Shown here one piece after another: positions 36,706-49,527 of a stretch of 64,000 nt of DNA; the first letter of the stretch is position 1; every line of letters starts with the position of its first letter. Position numbers and translations under genes: made by a program. The notes beneath the pieces were generated by a model, which made no database searches, had not been told where the DNA came from, and worked only from the letters and a program-made list of their open reading frames with translations. Source of the DNA: Hemiscyllium ocellatum (lineage: Eukaryota); the NCBI RefSeq assembly GCF_020745735.1, contig NW_026867487.1, forward strand, positions 3,224,001-3,288,000, read 5' to 3'.

Positions 36706-39624
36706 CGCGTCAATAGGACATAAATAACATTGATTATCCTCATTATCCTGAATATAATCAACCCAGATCTTGAGATTCGTAGGGGCTACAAATGTGCAGT
36801 GATATTGTCACGTTGTGTGGAGCAGATCCCATTTCTAGCCTCACCTGTTCTAGTTATAGGCATGACATCTCTGAACAAGTTGTGAAGGAAATGGATACAT
36901 TCTAGCTTCTCTTTGATTAAGATTCATGTCATATTTGCTATGGATCAGACCAGATCCCCTCAAAGTATTTTAAGAAGTTAGCCCCGACGCTATTTTTTTT
37001 TAACTAATGTTAAAGACAGATGCAACGTGTTGTGTTTCAAATGCAATTCAATTGTTCCAACTACTCGACATTAAGCAAAAGACAATTTGTTGAAACACTA
37101 CAGTTAAACAAAATAAAAAAAAGAATTTAGAACAACTTACCTCCACTGGATAACTCACCTGAATTATAGATGCAGTGACAATTGTTCATACAGTTTTAAA
37201 ATAACAACATACCTTAAACACATCCTTTCAAGACAAAGCAAGTTCAGAGGAAAAGTCTCACATGCAGTTCTCCAGTCTAGGAGGGCAAAACAAGCAAGGG
37301 AAAATTGAAAGAGAGAGTAGCAGCTACGAGGCGTTTCTGCAGCTTTCAACTCCGTTGAGCCCCCAGCGACCCCTGATGCTGCTGCAAAGCTAAAACCCAA
37401 TAATCCTGATCCTTTGGAGCTTGTCACTACCATTCATGCTGATAAGCTCCGCCCCCCCACGACTTTCTCAGCTGTTTACTCAAATAATCTTTGCTAGGCT
37501 TCTCTACACCTCTTAGTCAATCTGTCTCTGAAACGAAACCAGGCGAAAACAACATCTTTAAACCACAGATTCGTCTGACGTTCAAAATTGCAAGTGGGTG
37601 CTCCAAAAAATTTGCACAATAATCAATCACAATAATATTATCTCAAAATCCAAATTTGAATAGGTCCCAAGAAGGTCAGGGATGTAATTCGAAACACCTG
37701 GAGTGATTACATTCAGCTTGAGTACAATCTATGTTAATCACAACTCCAGATTTCAGTCCGATTGATTCGAGTCCAAAACCGAAAGAAACACCAGTTCTCC
37801 TTTTGATAGTACAGAACAGGACAGAGCAGGAAATTATGTTGTGATACTTCCAACTACACACATTAATCAGTAGCCGACGAACTGGTGCACCGTAGGTTTC
37901 CACCTATGCATTCAGCTGCAAGTGCTAAAATGTCTGCAATATGTCTGCATGGAAGGTTTGTTGTGCATTTTGTTTGAGTTCTTTACAAGTGTGTTCGATG
38001 TGCTGTACTGCACATTGTTCGGTCTGTCTCAATGTTTGGAAGATGTTCAAAATATCAGAAACGTTCATCTGGACAGTTGTCTCAAGGATGCAATGTTCGC
38101 ACAGAAGCAGCTAGCTGTTGCTTTGCGGCATAAGTTGACTGAAGGCATGCTAATGAATGAATTGATCAAAACGATCTTTCCGTGTTTCACGCCCTTCAGT
38201 TCAACGCAATGCAATGTTGACCCTTCCAGGCCCATGACCATCAATGCACAAAAGGAGGTTCAAACTATGCAGAGTCATAATCAGAAGGGGGACAGCAGCA
38301 CACAGCACTATTCTAACTGACAGCATCATCAACTCGCAGCCTCTAGTACCAGTCATTCACACGTCTAGCCGACATTCACAAATTCACTGGCGATATTCTA
38401 ATGATTCTTTTTTTTACTTTATCATCTTATGTTAGACCGCCTAACATTCTGTACACCCCTTTTCAAATCTCTCATGCTAGTTTCCCAGAGGAACAATTCG
38501 CAGTTTATTAAGAGGTTCTGTTTATCCAGAGTGAATTTTTGGATTAGAGATAATTTTTACACAATGGATAGATCTCAAAACGTAGTTGCTGGATTTTTGA
38601 AGCAGACTCAAACTTAGATTCTCCTCAATGGTGTCTTATATTGCGACTGTTTCCAAATGCTGGAACTCCAGCTTACTTTCTTGATTTATACATGCCAATT
38701 AGCAGACCAGACCTTCATCTCAACTGCTGCACTCTGATGTGTGGAATTTTAAACCCAACTAACATAACAAAAAAATACTTCGTATTGTTACAGGGCTGGA
38801 GGTCTGAAGAGAAACGAATGTGCCCAAGCATCCTTGTGTGGATCAACATTAGAAATCTCGTTAGTGCATAAGTGAGCTGCATATAAACGGGATGGTGGCA
38901 ACCTACTCTGAATCTTGAGGAACAACTTCAAGTGCCACATGCTTGAGATGTATGGGATGAAAACGTAATAAATCAGAAGTGGCAAAGTTGTTTCACCCTG
39001 ATGGAAGATGTAGGAGCAGATGGCGTAATCTGAGAGGATGTAGTCAAGCATTCGAGCTCGAGATGAGGAAGCATTTGTTCTTTTAGAGGGAAAATAATCT
39101 GTGGAATGATTTACTACAGCGTCAGTGAGCTAAATATGTTGAAGTCTGAGATACACATTCAAAGACTAGATAGCCTGGGCACGCGTTCTTGGGAGATTTC
39201 AAGAGTTAGATGTTTGACCAGAGATAGAAGAAATCCTCAGAAGACTTGATTTGAAGGTTCTGTAATCAATGCGCTGAGCACTCTGTTTCCTCTGTAGCGA
39301 CTATCTCTCCGATCCCCACAGTGACCTCTCTTAAGTCTAAACTAGCTGTTATCCTTCCACTTTTCCTGTCCCTCTGGATGTGTGCACATACAATTGTTTG
39401 CGTGCGTTGACGGTGGGATCAGATTGAATGCTGCTGTCTGCTGGTGCGGCCCTCTGAGTGATTCCCTGGCGATTTTCGCTGTGTGGTTGTAGAAACTTCG
39501 TTAAGCCAAATTAAAGCGCAACACAGAATGGCTACGACCCATTCAAAGCACCGATAAAAATCTCCCATCACCCAGAGAGACAAGCGAACACCCTCAGATA
39601 GACAGACGGACCGACAGACAGATA

Positions 39625-39625
<1 letters not shown>

Positions 39626-39680
<55 letters not shown>
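39626..39680. repeat. (CA)n microsatellite upstream of V7
   Basis: Seen directly. Confidence 0.97.
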
Positions 39681-39686
<6 letters not shown>

Positions 39687-40421
39687 GCGAAGCTGAACTG
39701 AAATTTTCACTGCAAAATTGTTGTGACTTAAATTGGGTACTGTGCTGTGAGGTATCCGTGTTTAATTAGTTAGAAAACACCCACTGAAAGAGGAAGAATG
39801 ATGAGATTGAGCTCAGTGAAGCATGCTAAGAAGGAGTAACAGAAGCACATATTGGCAATGCTGAGGCTCAGGACAGAGAACAGAGAACAACAACTGAGGA
39901 GCAGAATAAATCCACACTTCTCAAAAGTCATATTGGAAATAATGATGGAGAAGGCTGCGATTGGTTCAACTAATGTAGAGGGTGGGATTTGCAGGATTAT
40001 ATTTGAGTGGACAATTTGTAGCTCCTCAAGATTTATGCGGATGTTGGGCATCCTCAGCATAGCATCAGGTAATGACGTCCCTCTCCCGCTCCTGAAAACT
40101 GAATAAGAAGTAAAAATGGTGAGATTTTGGCATTCAATCAGTGAAACGAGAAGAGTATTGAGTGTAACTGGTACATTGATGTATTATGGATGGAAGTCAA
40201 TCTTACAAATCTCTCCGTGTTTCAGTGACTGTCCACAGGTTGGGAAGTGTCATTTCACTGTGAGTCTAATGTCCTCCTTCTGCCCACAGAGCATCACTAC
40301 CCACACAAGGCAGTGAGGTGGGAATCAGTAGGAACGTAAAGGAATTTTACCATGGGGGGAGGATTTATAGAATAACTGTCCTCAAATCTCTGACCATCGT
40401 ATTACGCAGAGGACAGCGACA

Positions 40422-40920
40422 ATGCGGCCACTCAGCATTTTGGTGTTCTGTGGGCGGCAATGTTGACAGGTAACAGTGAAGGAAATGTGTTGTGCATTTC
40501 TTCATCAAGTCATGGTGTAAACTGACCCCAGCCTGACAGTTTACCATTGATTTCCGTTCTATCCTTCGGATCTGTGTCATGGAGATTCTGTCACTCAGCC
40601 ACTCCCCTCGGTTGTTCGGACAGAAGGAGATGAGGTGACTCTAAGCTGTACCTATGAAACGACAGGGAGCTACTATACATTTTATTGGTCCCAGCAACGC
40701 CGAGACATCCAGCCTGAGTTTTTTTCTGTGGAAGTATAGTGACGGTTCTTAAAGTAAAACAAGTTTTGCAGAAGATCGCTTCTCTGTAGAACTTCAGACT
40801 TCAAAAAAATTCACCGGTTTGACTATAAGGTAGGCTGCAGCTTTCTGACACTGCCGTATATTTCTGTGCTTTATTGGATGATACAATGATGAGAAACAGT
40901 CTCACCACTGTACAAAAAAC
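40422..40920 (+). pseudogene. V7: pseudogenised paralog of V1
   Basis: 48-nt leader exon with in-frame TGA, acceptor CAG>CGG (40567-40569), T-run frameshift, GAA>TAA. RSS is TACAATG (40882-40888) + 23 + ACAAAAAAC. Confidence 0.9.
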
Positions 40921-41425
40921 TTCCTTGAACTATAAATTGGCTCTCTGTCGGTGAGAGTTGTTCTGATCCTGGGCTGTTGCAATGTACTGTTCAAACTCTC
41001 ACCAAGAGGAAACCCAAAATAACCTCGATCGAGCTGTTACACAATGGCTTCCTGGAGCTGCTGAGAAAATCAGCTGAAGACTCCAAACATTCACACAGAC
41101 ACAGAAGAGAGTCATGTCTGAACACTCAACTGCAAGTCCCCAAGGTTAACAATTTCCTGTCACGTGGTTTGTAGACGGTCAGCTGGGAGATAGATCTCAG
41201 TTTCCAAGTATCCCAGACTCAGCACTCACACATACACCCTCCCCCTAATTGTGCATACATGCGAGTAAGGAGTAACATCTAGCAGCACGACCACAGATTT
41301 TTGAAGACAAGTTATTAGAAAGGCTGATGATGTTGATTTGATTGCATTGACAGAATAGTGTATCTGTTTTCCCATCATCGATGTGATCAAATAGAAGTGT
41401 ATCTATTGAGAATACACCATTGCAA

Positions 41426-41459
<34 letters not shown>

Positions 41460-42002
41460 GTTGTTATGTGGATCTGTTTAAGTGAAATATGCAACAATTA
41501 AATTATCAGAAACAATCCCAGAATGTGAATCAAAATCCCTCTCCAGCCTCAGTTTGATTGGCGGTATCGTACAGAAGAAAATAAACCAATTACACCACAG
41601 TGTCTTTCATCTCAATTTTTGAGACTTCTTTTCAGCTGCAATTTCACGGAGAATACACTCATTACTCATTCCTATCTCGTTCTCTCGTTTTGACTAGTAT
41701 GGTATACAAGAGGTCCCGTGATTTTGCTTTTCGTTAAGTGTGTCATGGAAGTATAACAATAGCACTTCCTCCTCTGGTCTGCTTTGCATCATAAAGCAGA
41801 GAGCTGCTGTTCATTTTGATGTTGTATTCTTGTCAATAGGACATGTCGACGGATGTGCGATTAAGATTGATTATCCTCATTGTCCCAAATGAAATGGAAG
41901 AAGGGGAGTTACACTTAACATTCAGAGGGGCTACTGATATGCAATGGGAGTGTGCATCCCTTTGTGTAAAATCTTCCCAGTTTCTCTACTAAGCTGATCT
42001 AG

Positions 42003-42872
42003 AGATTGTTGTGGTTCTGTTCGCCGAGCTGGGAGTTTTCGTTGCAAACGTTTCGGCCCCTTTCTAAGTGACATCCTCAGTGCTTGGGAGCCTCCTGTGA
42101 AGTGCTTCTGTGTTGATTCCTCCAGCATTTATACTGGTTTGAATCTGCCGCTTCCGGTTGTCAGTTGCTGTCTGCTGCAGTGGCCGTTATATCGGGTTTA
42201 GGTCGATGTGTCTGTTGATAGAATTTGTGGATGAGTGCCATGCCTCTAGGAATTTCCTGGCTGTTCTCTGTTTGACTTGCCCTACAATAGTGATGTTGTC
42301 CCAATCAAATTCATGCTGTTTGTCATCTGAGTGTATGGCTACTAAGGATGGCTGGTCGTGTCGTTCATGGATGCGGGTTGTTAGCTGTCTTCCTGTTTGT
42401 CCTATGTAGTGTTTTGTGCAGTCCTTGCATGAGATTTTGTACCCTACGTTGATTTTGCTCATGCTGGTTATCGGGTCCTTTGTCCTGGTGAGTTGTTGTC
42501 TGAGCGTGGCTGTTGGTTTGTGTGCTGTTATGAGTCCTAGTGGTCGCAGCAGTCTGGCTGTCAGTTCAGAAATGCTCCTGATGTATGGTAGTGTGGCCAG
42601 TCCTTTGGGTTACGGCATGTCCTCATTTCGTTGTCTTTCCCTTCGGCATCTGTTGATGAAATTGCGTGGGTATCCGTTTTTGGTGAATACCTTGTATAGG
42701 TGTTATTCTTCCTCTTTTTGTAGTTCTGGTGTGCTGCAGTGTGTTGTGGTCCTTTTGAATAATGTCCTGATGCAACTTCGTTTGTGTGTGTTGGGGTGGT
42801 TGCTTTCATAGTTCAGGACTTGGTCTGTGTGTGTGGCTTTTCTGTATACCGTCGTGATGAATTCTCCGCTCG
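42003..42872 (-). mobile_element. Penelope-like element of a different family, 5' truncated, copy B only
   Basis: Minus ORF 42187..42462 YKISCKDCTKHYIGQTGRQLTTRIHE (GIY-YIG); RT C-terminal fragments 42561-42870. Confidence 0.85.
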
Positions 42873-42874
42873 GT

Positions 42875-43017
42875 GTTCTCTGTACAGAATCTTCAGACCT
42901 CGGATAAATTCACCAGTTTGACTATCGCGGGCTACAGCTGTCTGATGTTGCCGTGTATGACTGTGCTTTCTGCCGCAGCACAGTATTGATAACCAGCCTC
43001 GCCCTTGTGCAAAAAAA
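42875..43017 (+). pseudogene. V8: 5'-deleted paralog of V2 (FR3 and RSS only)
   Basis: ...CTTCAGACCTCGGATAAATTCACCAGTTTGACTATC...; RSS CACAGTA (42979-42985) + 23 + GCAAAAAAA. Everything upstream is replaced by the PLE. Confidence 0.85.
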
Positions 43018-43926
43018 AACTTCCTTGAATCATTGGATGGGCTCTCGATTGGAGTTTGTACAAATGCAATGCTGATAGAATGCACTGTCAGATGTTCAAA
43101 CTTGCACCAAGAGGAAACCAAATTAACCTTGGAACAAACTGTCACTCAATTGTTTCCCAGAGCCGCTGAGAAAATGAACTACAGACACGGAGCGCTCAGA
43201 TAGACACAGGAAAGATTAATATTTGAGCAATCACGCTCGAATCACTACCCCTCGTGTGATCCGTTAGACAGTGAGGAAAATTTTCTTCAGTGAACCCAGC
43301 CTCAATTTTATTAGAGAGACCATTATGGAAAAATAAAGAAGCACATGATGGTGTCTTTATTTTCAAGTCATCAAGTCTCTTTGCAGCTGCGTTTTTACAG
43401 TGGGTACTCTCATCCCCCTCTCCACTGTTCTATCTCGGTATATCGAATATGGTGGGTGAGACGTTCTGGGAATTGTATTTAGGTTAATGTAAAGGTGGCA
43501 GTATAACACCTGTGCTTACTTACTCTGGCTTGCCTCTTCATAAGATTTCAGTATTGTACTTCTGTACAAAGGACGTGAAAATGGAGGGACAATTAATATT
43601 GATTATTCTCGTTATCCTCAATGAAATCAACGTGGAGAGTTTCACTTGAAAGTCTTGGGGGGGTTACTGATATGGAGTGGTAACGTCCTTGCATCTTGGT
43701 AAAAAAAATCCGGTATAATGAATCAGCTGTTCTAAAGGTATGCATAACACCTCTGAACAGGTCAGTTAGAAAATGGATGTACTCTAAATTCTGACCGATA
43801 ATGATTCATGTGATATTTCCAAATTGAACATAAGAACTCCACACCGTTCATTTTCACTCAGTCATTGCTGGTCCTCTGTAAGATTGCTGTTGCTGATGTG
43901 GTGATGCTGTGCTCCTGTCTGTACCG

Positions 43927-44238
43927 GGTATCTGTCTGGCTGCTGGTTGTATCAACCTGATGATCACTACAGGTGAGGTCGACGGCGGGATCCTCCCTTC
44001 CATTGTCTCTGATGTTCAAGGTGCTGCATTTCTGTTCCGGGCGTAGTGTGGCCTGAATCCTCCTTGCTCAGACGATGCTGCCAGAAGCAGTGATCAGACG
44101 TTGCAGCTCCCGTCGCACCACTTTTACGAATGACAAAGTTGCGCATGGTGCTGGATTTGCAACTCATTGTTACCGAGAAGCCTTTCATGGCCATCGCTTC
44201 AAGAAGAGCAAGTGTGATCCGCTGTTTGGGAAGGACGT
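43927..44238 (-). pseudogene. R4: eroded inverted V segment, paralog of R2
   Basis: ORF 43967..44245 begins DVLPKQRITLALLEAMAMKGFSVTMSCKSSTMRNFV; FR3 GRIQATLRPEQKCSTLNIRD in a shifted frame. RSS-like CATCAGG + 20 + ACAGATACC. Confidence 0.8.
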
Positions 44239-44348
44239 CTATCACATTGAATCAAACTCCATTGGAGAATCGATGAAAGGAGATAAGAGGGCAATCATCC
44301 AGCTCCCTTTAAACACGCATTTCCCAATGGGGAGACTGTCCATTCATT

Positions 44349-44592
44349 NNNNNNNNNNNNNNNNNNNNNNNNNNNNNNNNNNNNNNNNNNNNNNNNNNNN
44401 NNNNNNNNNNNNNNNNNNNNNNNNNNNNNNNNNNNNNNNNNNNNNNNNNNNNNNNNNNNNNNNNNNNNNNNNNNNNNNNNNNNNNNNNNNNNNNNNNNNN
44501 NNNNNNNNNNNNNNNNNNNNNNNNNNNNNNNNNNNNNNNNNNNNNNNNNNNNNNNNNNNNNNNNNNNNNNNNNNNNNNNNNNNNNNNNNNNN
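44349..44592. other. Assembly gap (N run)
   Basis: Run of N at the position matching 13670-13897. Confidence 1.
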
Positions 44593-45940
44593 CATCCCAA
44601 TTCTTCTCAACGTTTTTAAAGGCTTTTCACTGAACATCCATGTGCTTATCTATTTGGTAGTTAAAAGAAAAGCAGACATTTACACCGTTGACACTATCCT
44701 GGCATGGGTTAATCTCAGAATCACAGCATTCAGTTTGAGAAAATGTCTACGTAGATAAATCATTTCCGAGGAAGGGTCAGTCGACACTTAACATTATATC
44801 TGACTTTGCATCACAGATTCCGGCAGAACTGCTGAAATTTTCCAGCAACTTTTGTTTTTGTTTTTCAGATTCTGTTTCTCTGTTTCATTCCTTTCAGTTG
44901 AATGTGATGCAATTTCATGTTCTGCTGGTGCATTTCATGGGAAAGTTGAAACACATAGTGCATTCAGCCTGAGTGAGAGCAACAACGGCTGGCGCCATTC
45001 AAACAAAAAACATCATCAACTCAGGGGCAGTGTGCATTGCGTTCTTCTCTCAACGTGCATGACCAGCAGAAACTCATCAGATCGATGTTCATATTTTAAG
45101 TCTTTTTTGTCCTTTGCTTCTCTTTGCTGAGAATTCCGATGATCCCTTTCTCCGAGCCCAATGTCAGTTTATCAAAATCAAAGTCCACATTTTTGTCAAG
45201 GCGACATGTGACTTTGCTAATGATCGTTGGCTCATACAGAATCGACTGATTACAGAATGGAATTAAGCTGATCCTTAAAAATGCAGAATCAAATTTCAAT
45301 TCATTGGAATGCTTCTTCAGCTGCCTTCTTCAAAGCTGGTAAACTTGATTACTTTCTTGATTTGTTTCTGACGATCAACATGCCTGGCATTCATCTCCCA
45401 AACTGGACTCCAAAGATTGGAACCATCCTCATTAGAATTCCAAGAATGCAACACAAAATTACACGATGTTATTCATTGGCTGGAAGGCTGCACAGAGGTG
45501 AACGTGATCAATGGTGCTTTTTATTTATCACCATGTGAATAATTCTGCACTCGAGGAGTTAACTGTGTGAAGGCATCCTGTGATAATATCCCGGAATTGA
45601 GTCAGGAGGCCTACCTTGAAGTGCCACAACTGTGGAAATGGTCAATGAAAACTTGATGAAAACCTGATTTCATCTGGAAATGTCGTTCCCAAACCGAGAG
45701 AGTGTTCTGAAATGGAATGCATAATGTCAGAATATGAAAACACACCTTGAAAAAATATGATCAGGCATCTAGAGGAAAGTGAAACTGTGGAATTATTTGC
45801 CACGGAGGCTATGCTGTATATATATTCAAGACTGATATGGTCGTAGCAAAGCTAAACAGGCTGTGCCTATATCCTCGAGAGTAGAGAAGTGTCAACTGTG
45901 AACGAGTAAAGAGCAAGAACAAGAAAGAATGGAAACCAAA

Positions 45941-48300
45941 AGACTATACGACCAGAAGACATAGGAGCAGAAATTAGGTCATTAAGCATTAAGCCCATCG
46001 AGTCTGGTCCACAGTTGAATCATGGCTGATAAGTTTCTCAAACCCATTCTCCGGCTTTCTCCTCGTAACCCTTGATCTCCTTGATGCACAAAAACCTATC
46101 TATCTCAGTCTTTTATATACCCATGACCTGGCCTGCACAGCCTTCTTTGACAATGCGTTCTATAGATGCACCATTCCCTGGCGGGAGTAGTTTCTCTTTA
46201 ACTTCGTTAACCTTCCCTCTACTCCAGGGCATGCCCCTGGTCTGAGACTCTCCTACCAATTGAAACGTCTTCCCAGTATCTTCTCTGTCCAGACCATTCA
46301 GTATGACGTGTAATTCAATTGGAACTCTCTCATCCTTCTCATCCTCAACCTCATCGAGAATAAACGCAGAATCATCAAATGTTGCGCATATGTTAAGCTT
46401 TCCATTTACGAGTCCATTCTCATGAACATCCTCTGAAAACGCTTCAAGCCCAGTACTTCCTTCTTGTGATATTGGGCCCAAACCTGAATACAATACTACA
46501 CATGTGGTCTGACCAGGCCTCAGAGAGCTTCAGAGGTATATTACTACTGTTATCTTGAAGTTGTCTCAAAATAAATGCCGTCATTGCATTTGCCTTCCTA
46601 ACTGCTGACTTAACCTACAAGTTTTCTTTGAGAAAATCCTGGACTAAAACTCCCAAGTCTCTTTGCACTTCAGACTTCTGAATTTTCTGCCCATTTGGAA
46701 AACAGTCCGTGCTTTAATTCTCCCTAATAAAGTGCATGATCTCACGCTTCCCCACGTTGTACTCTAAATGCCCACTCTCCTAATCTATCCAAAAGTTTCT
46801 GCAGCTTTCCCAACTCCTCAATGCTACTGACCCCTCTGCCTACCTTTTCATCATTCATGTAAAATGTGAAAAATTGCATTCTCAACATCGAACTTTCTGG
46901 AACACCACTTGTCGCTGGCTGCCAGCGTGAGAAGGACCCTTTTATGCCCACTCACTGCTTCCTTCCAGAAAGCCAGTCCTATTGGACCCTCCCCAATTCT
47001 AATGGTTACTGAAAGACCACCACTAACATCTCCGCTATCTCTTCAGATAGCTACCTTAAAACGTTGTTTTTACACCTTCGGCCGTTCAGTTTTTCTAGCT
47101 GTTTCTCCTTGGTTATGGCCAACATCCTCAGCACTGCCAACTCCTTCTTGAATTTTTGGGAGATTCTTCGGGTGGTCTGCGTGCAGAATGATGCAAAATA
47201 ATTATTCAGTCCCTCAGCCAGTTCCTTGTTCCTTACAATTATCTCTCCGTCATCATTTTCCAATGGCTCAGTGTCTACCTTTGCCTTTTATGTTTTTAAA
47301 GAAACTCTCACAGTCTTCCTGTACATTATTGGCCAGCTTACCCTCACATGTAACCTGTTCCCTCCTTATTTATTTCTTTGTTCCTCTCTGTTGGCCTTTG
47401 TAGGCTTCCTAATCCTTTGGTTTCCCACTGTCCTTCCCCACACTATATACTTTCTTTTTGGTTTTTATAATATCCCTGGTTTCCCAAGTCAACCATGGTT
47501 GCCTTCTCATCTCTAATCCAGGTTTCTTTATCGTCGAGATGAACCGCAGATGTGTCTCCTGAATAACTTTCTGTCATTGCTGTTCCACTGTCTTTCTTGC
47601 ACGGCTCCTCGCACAGTCAGTTCTACCCTGCTTCTTCTTTATGCCTCTGTAGTTGCCTTTATTCAGCTGTAATGCAGTTACCTCTGATTCTATCAACTCC
47701 ATACCAAACTGTAGAGTAAATTCAATCATATTATGATCATTGCCTTCCACTTTATTGCCGTTTATCAGTTCTGCCTCATTACACAGCACTAAGTCCAGTA
47801 TTGCGTGTTCCCTAATCAGCTCCCATACAAGGTGTTCCAAAATGTCATCTCGTTGACTTCCCACAAATTCCTTTCCTTGAACTCCACTATGACTGTGACT
47901 TTCCCAGTCCACCTGCATATTGAAATCACTCATGATCATTCGAACTCTGCCTTTCCAAAAGAACATTTTCTATTACCTGCTACATTTTGCGTCCCGATTC
48001 CTGACCACTGATTGGAGGCCTATACATAACCAACTCTATTTTACTAACCGTTGCTGTTCCTCAATTCTACCCACAAAGATTCTAAACTATCTGAACTTGT
48101 TTCATTTCTTACTATTGATTTAATTTCGTTTCTTACTCATCTGGCAAACCCACCTCCTCTGCCCACTGGCCTATCTTTTTGTTGGGATGAACGAGCTGCA
48201 ATATTCACCTCCCAATCCTGATGTCTTGGCAGAAGTGTCTCCATGATGTCCGCCACGTCATGCCTGCCAACTTGGATGTGCACTACAAGCACATTTCCCT
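45941..48300 (-). mobile_element. Decayed CR1-type LINE, duplicate of 15231-17600
   Basis: Same sequence and same flanks as in copy A. Confidence 0.85.
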
Positions 48301-49527
48301 TATTCCTTATACTATTGCAGTTACTAACACGTCACTGCATGAACACACGCACCAAAAGGCCTCCTCTGTCATTTAGTTGCAATCATAGGGCATGAGCATA
48401 GTATTAGCCAGCTTCTAAATCTCCCACTCCCTTATGCCATTCTAAGCTCAGTTCTCCCGCTGCACTCTGCCCCTATGTCCTGACCCGACCTGTCCATATT
48501 CCTTCCCACTCATTGGCTCTACCCATCCCAATGAGCAATCACTGCCAATCCTACTTGATACCACGTACTTCCCCCAGTCCCATCAATTCACTTTTTTTTT
48601 GCAGCCCCCTTCCCCTACTCCTGCCCTAATGAAAGGTTCCAACCTGAAACGTCAACACCCTTTCTCCTGCGATGCTACTTGATCTTCTGTGTTTTTTCCA
48701 ATCCAACTCTACATCCGCTCTGACGTTTCAGCATCTCCTGTCCTCAACACCTCAATCATAAAGCCTTAGCAACGTAAGACATAGATGTATTCCATGACCA
48801 GTCATCCCAACGAAGCATGAATCTGGTAAGTATCAAATTCACAGTACGCTTGGTTTCTCTACTGTGAATACAGTCGTCTGTCTCAGCATAAACATAGCAG
48901 CCCAGCATCTGTGGTAAAGATTTCTTCAGACTTACTTCCCTTCGAGAGAAGAAATTGCTGTTAATTTCAGTTTAAAGGTATGAATCGTTATGCCCAGATT
49001 CTGCTGTCTGGTCTTCGGCTCTTGCACAGAGAGATCAACTTTTCTGCACTACCTTGCCTAGTTTTCATTGCACACTGTGAAGCAAGGGGAACCCAGCTCA
49101 AAAGATGGGAAATTACGACCACGCTTAGATACCAAAGATTTATTCTCATGATGATGAACAGAAAGCATATTTGTTCACACTCATTTCTCAGCAGCTATGT
49201 AGCCCTGAAATACCAGGATCGATTTTTCTATTATATCAGTGGTGATGTGTTTTTTGTGTCGGGTCTCATGTTCTGTTAATTGTCACCAACAAATCTATAG
49301 TTAAAGAATATTTTCCAGGCAGAGGGAGGACAGTCTGAAGTGCAACTGACGTTGAGCAGAATCCAAATTTTTGCGTGTTTTAATGATCAAACGCATCACA
49401 TTGGACACTGCATCCAGTGTAAGGCAAGTATCGTTTAATGACGAACATATTTCGAGTATCACCAACCTTTAACAAAGTGTGCTTCATCAATTCAGTAAAA
49501 GAATTACATAGGAGATAGGGGAGTGAC

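Noticed and set aside
37000-37550. Unique AT-rich and CT-rich segment, possibly a solo LTR
   Set aside because: No TG...CA ends, TSD or second copy could be established.
37676-37920. Possible further inverted V relic (NLRCTSS...VINIDCTQAEC)
   Set aside because: Only scattered resemblance; no acceptor, no conserved WY block in frame and no RSS. Not supportable without a profile search.
37950-38200. Minus-strand TLRQTEQCAVQHI resembling R-family FR3
   Set aside because: Too short, and lacks the DxAxYxC motif and RSS.
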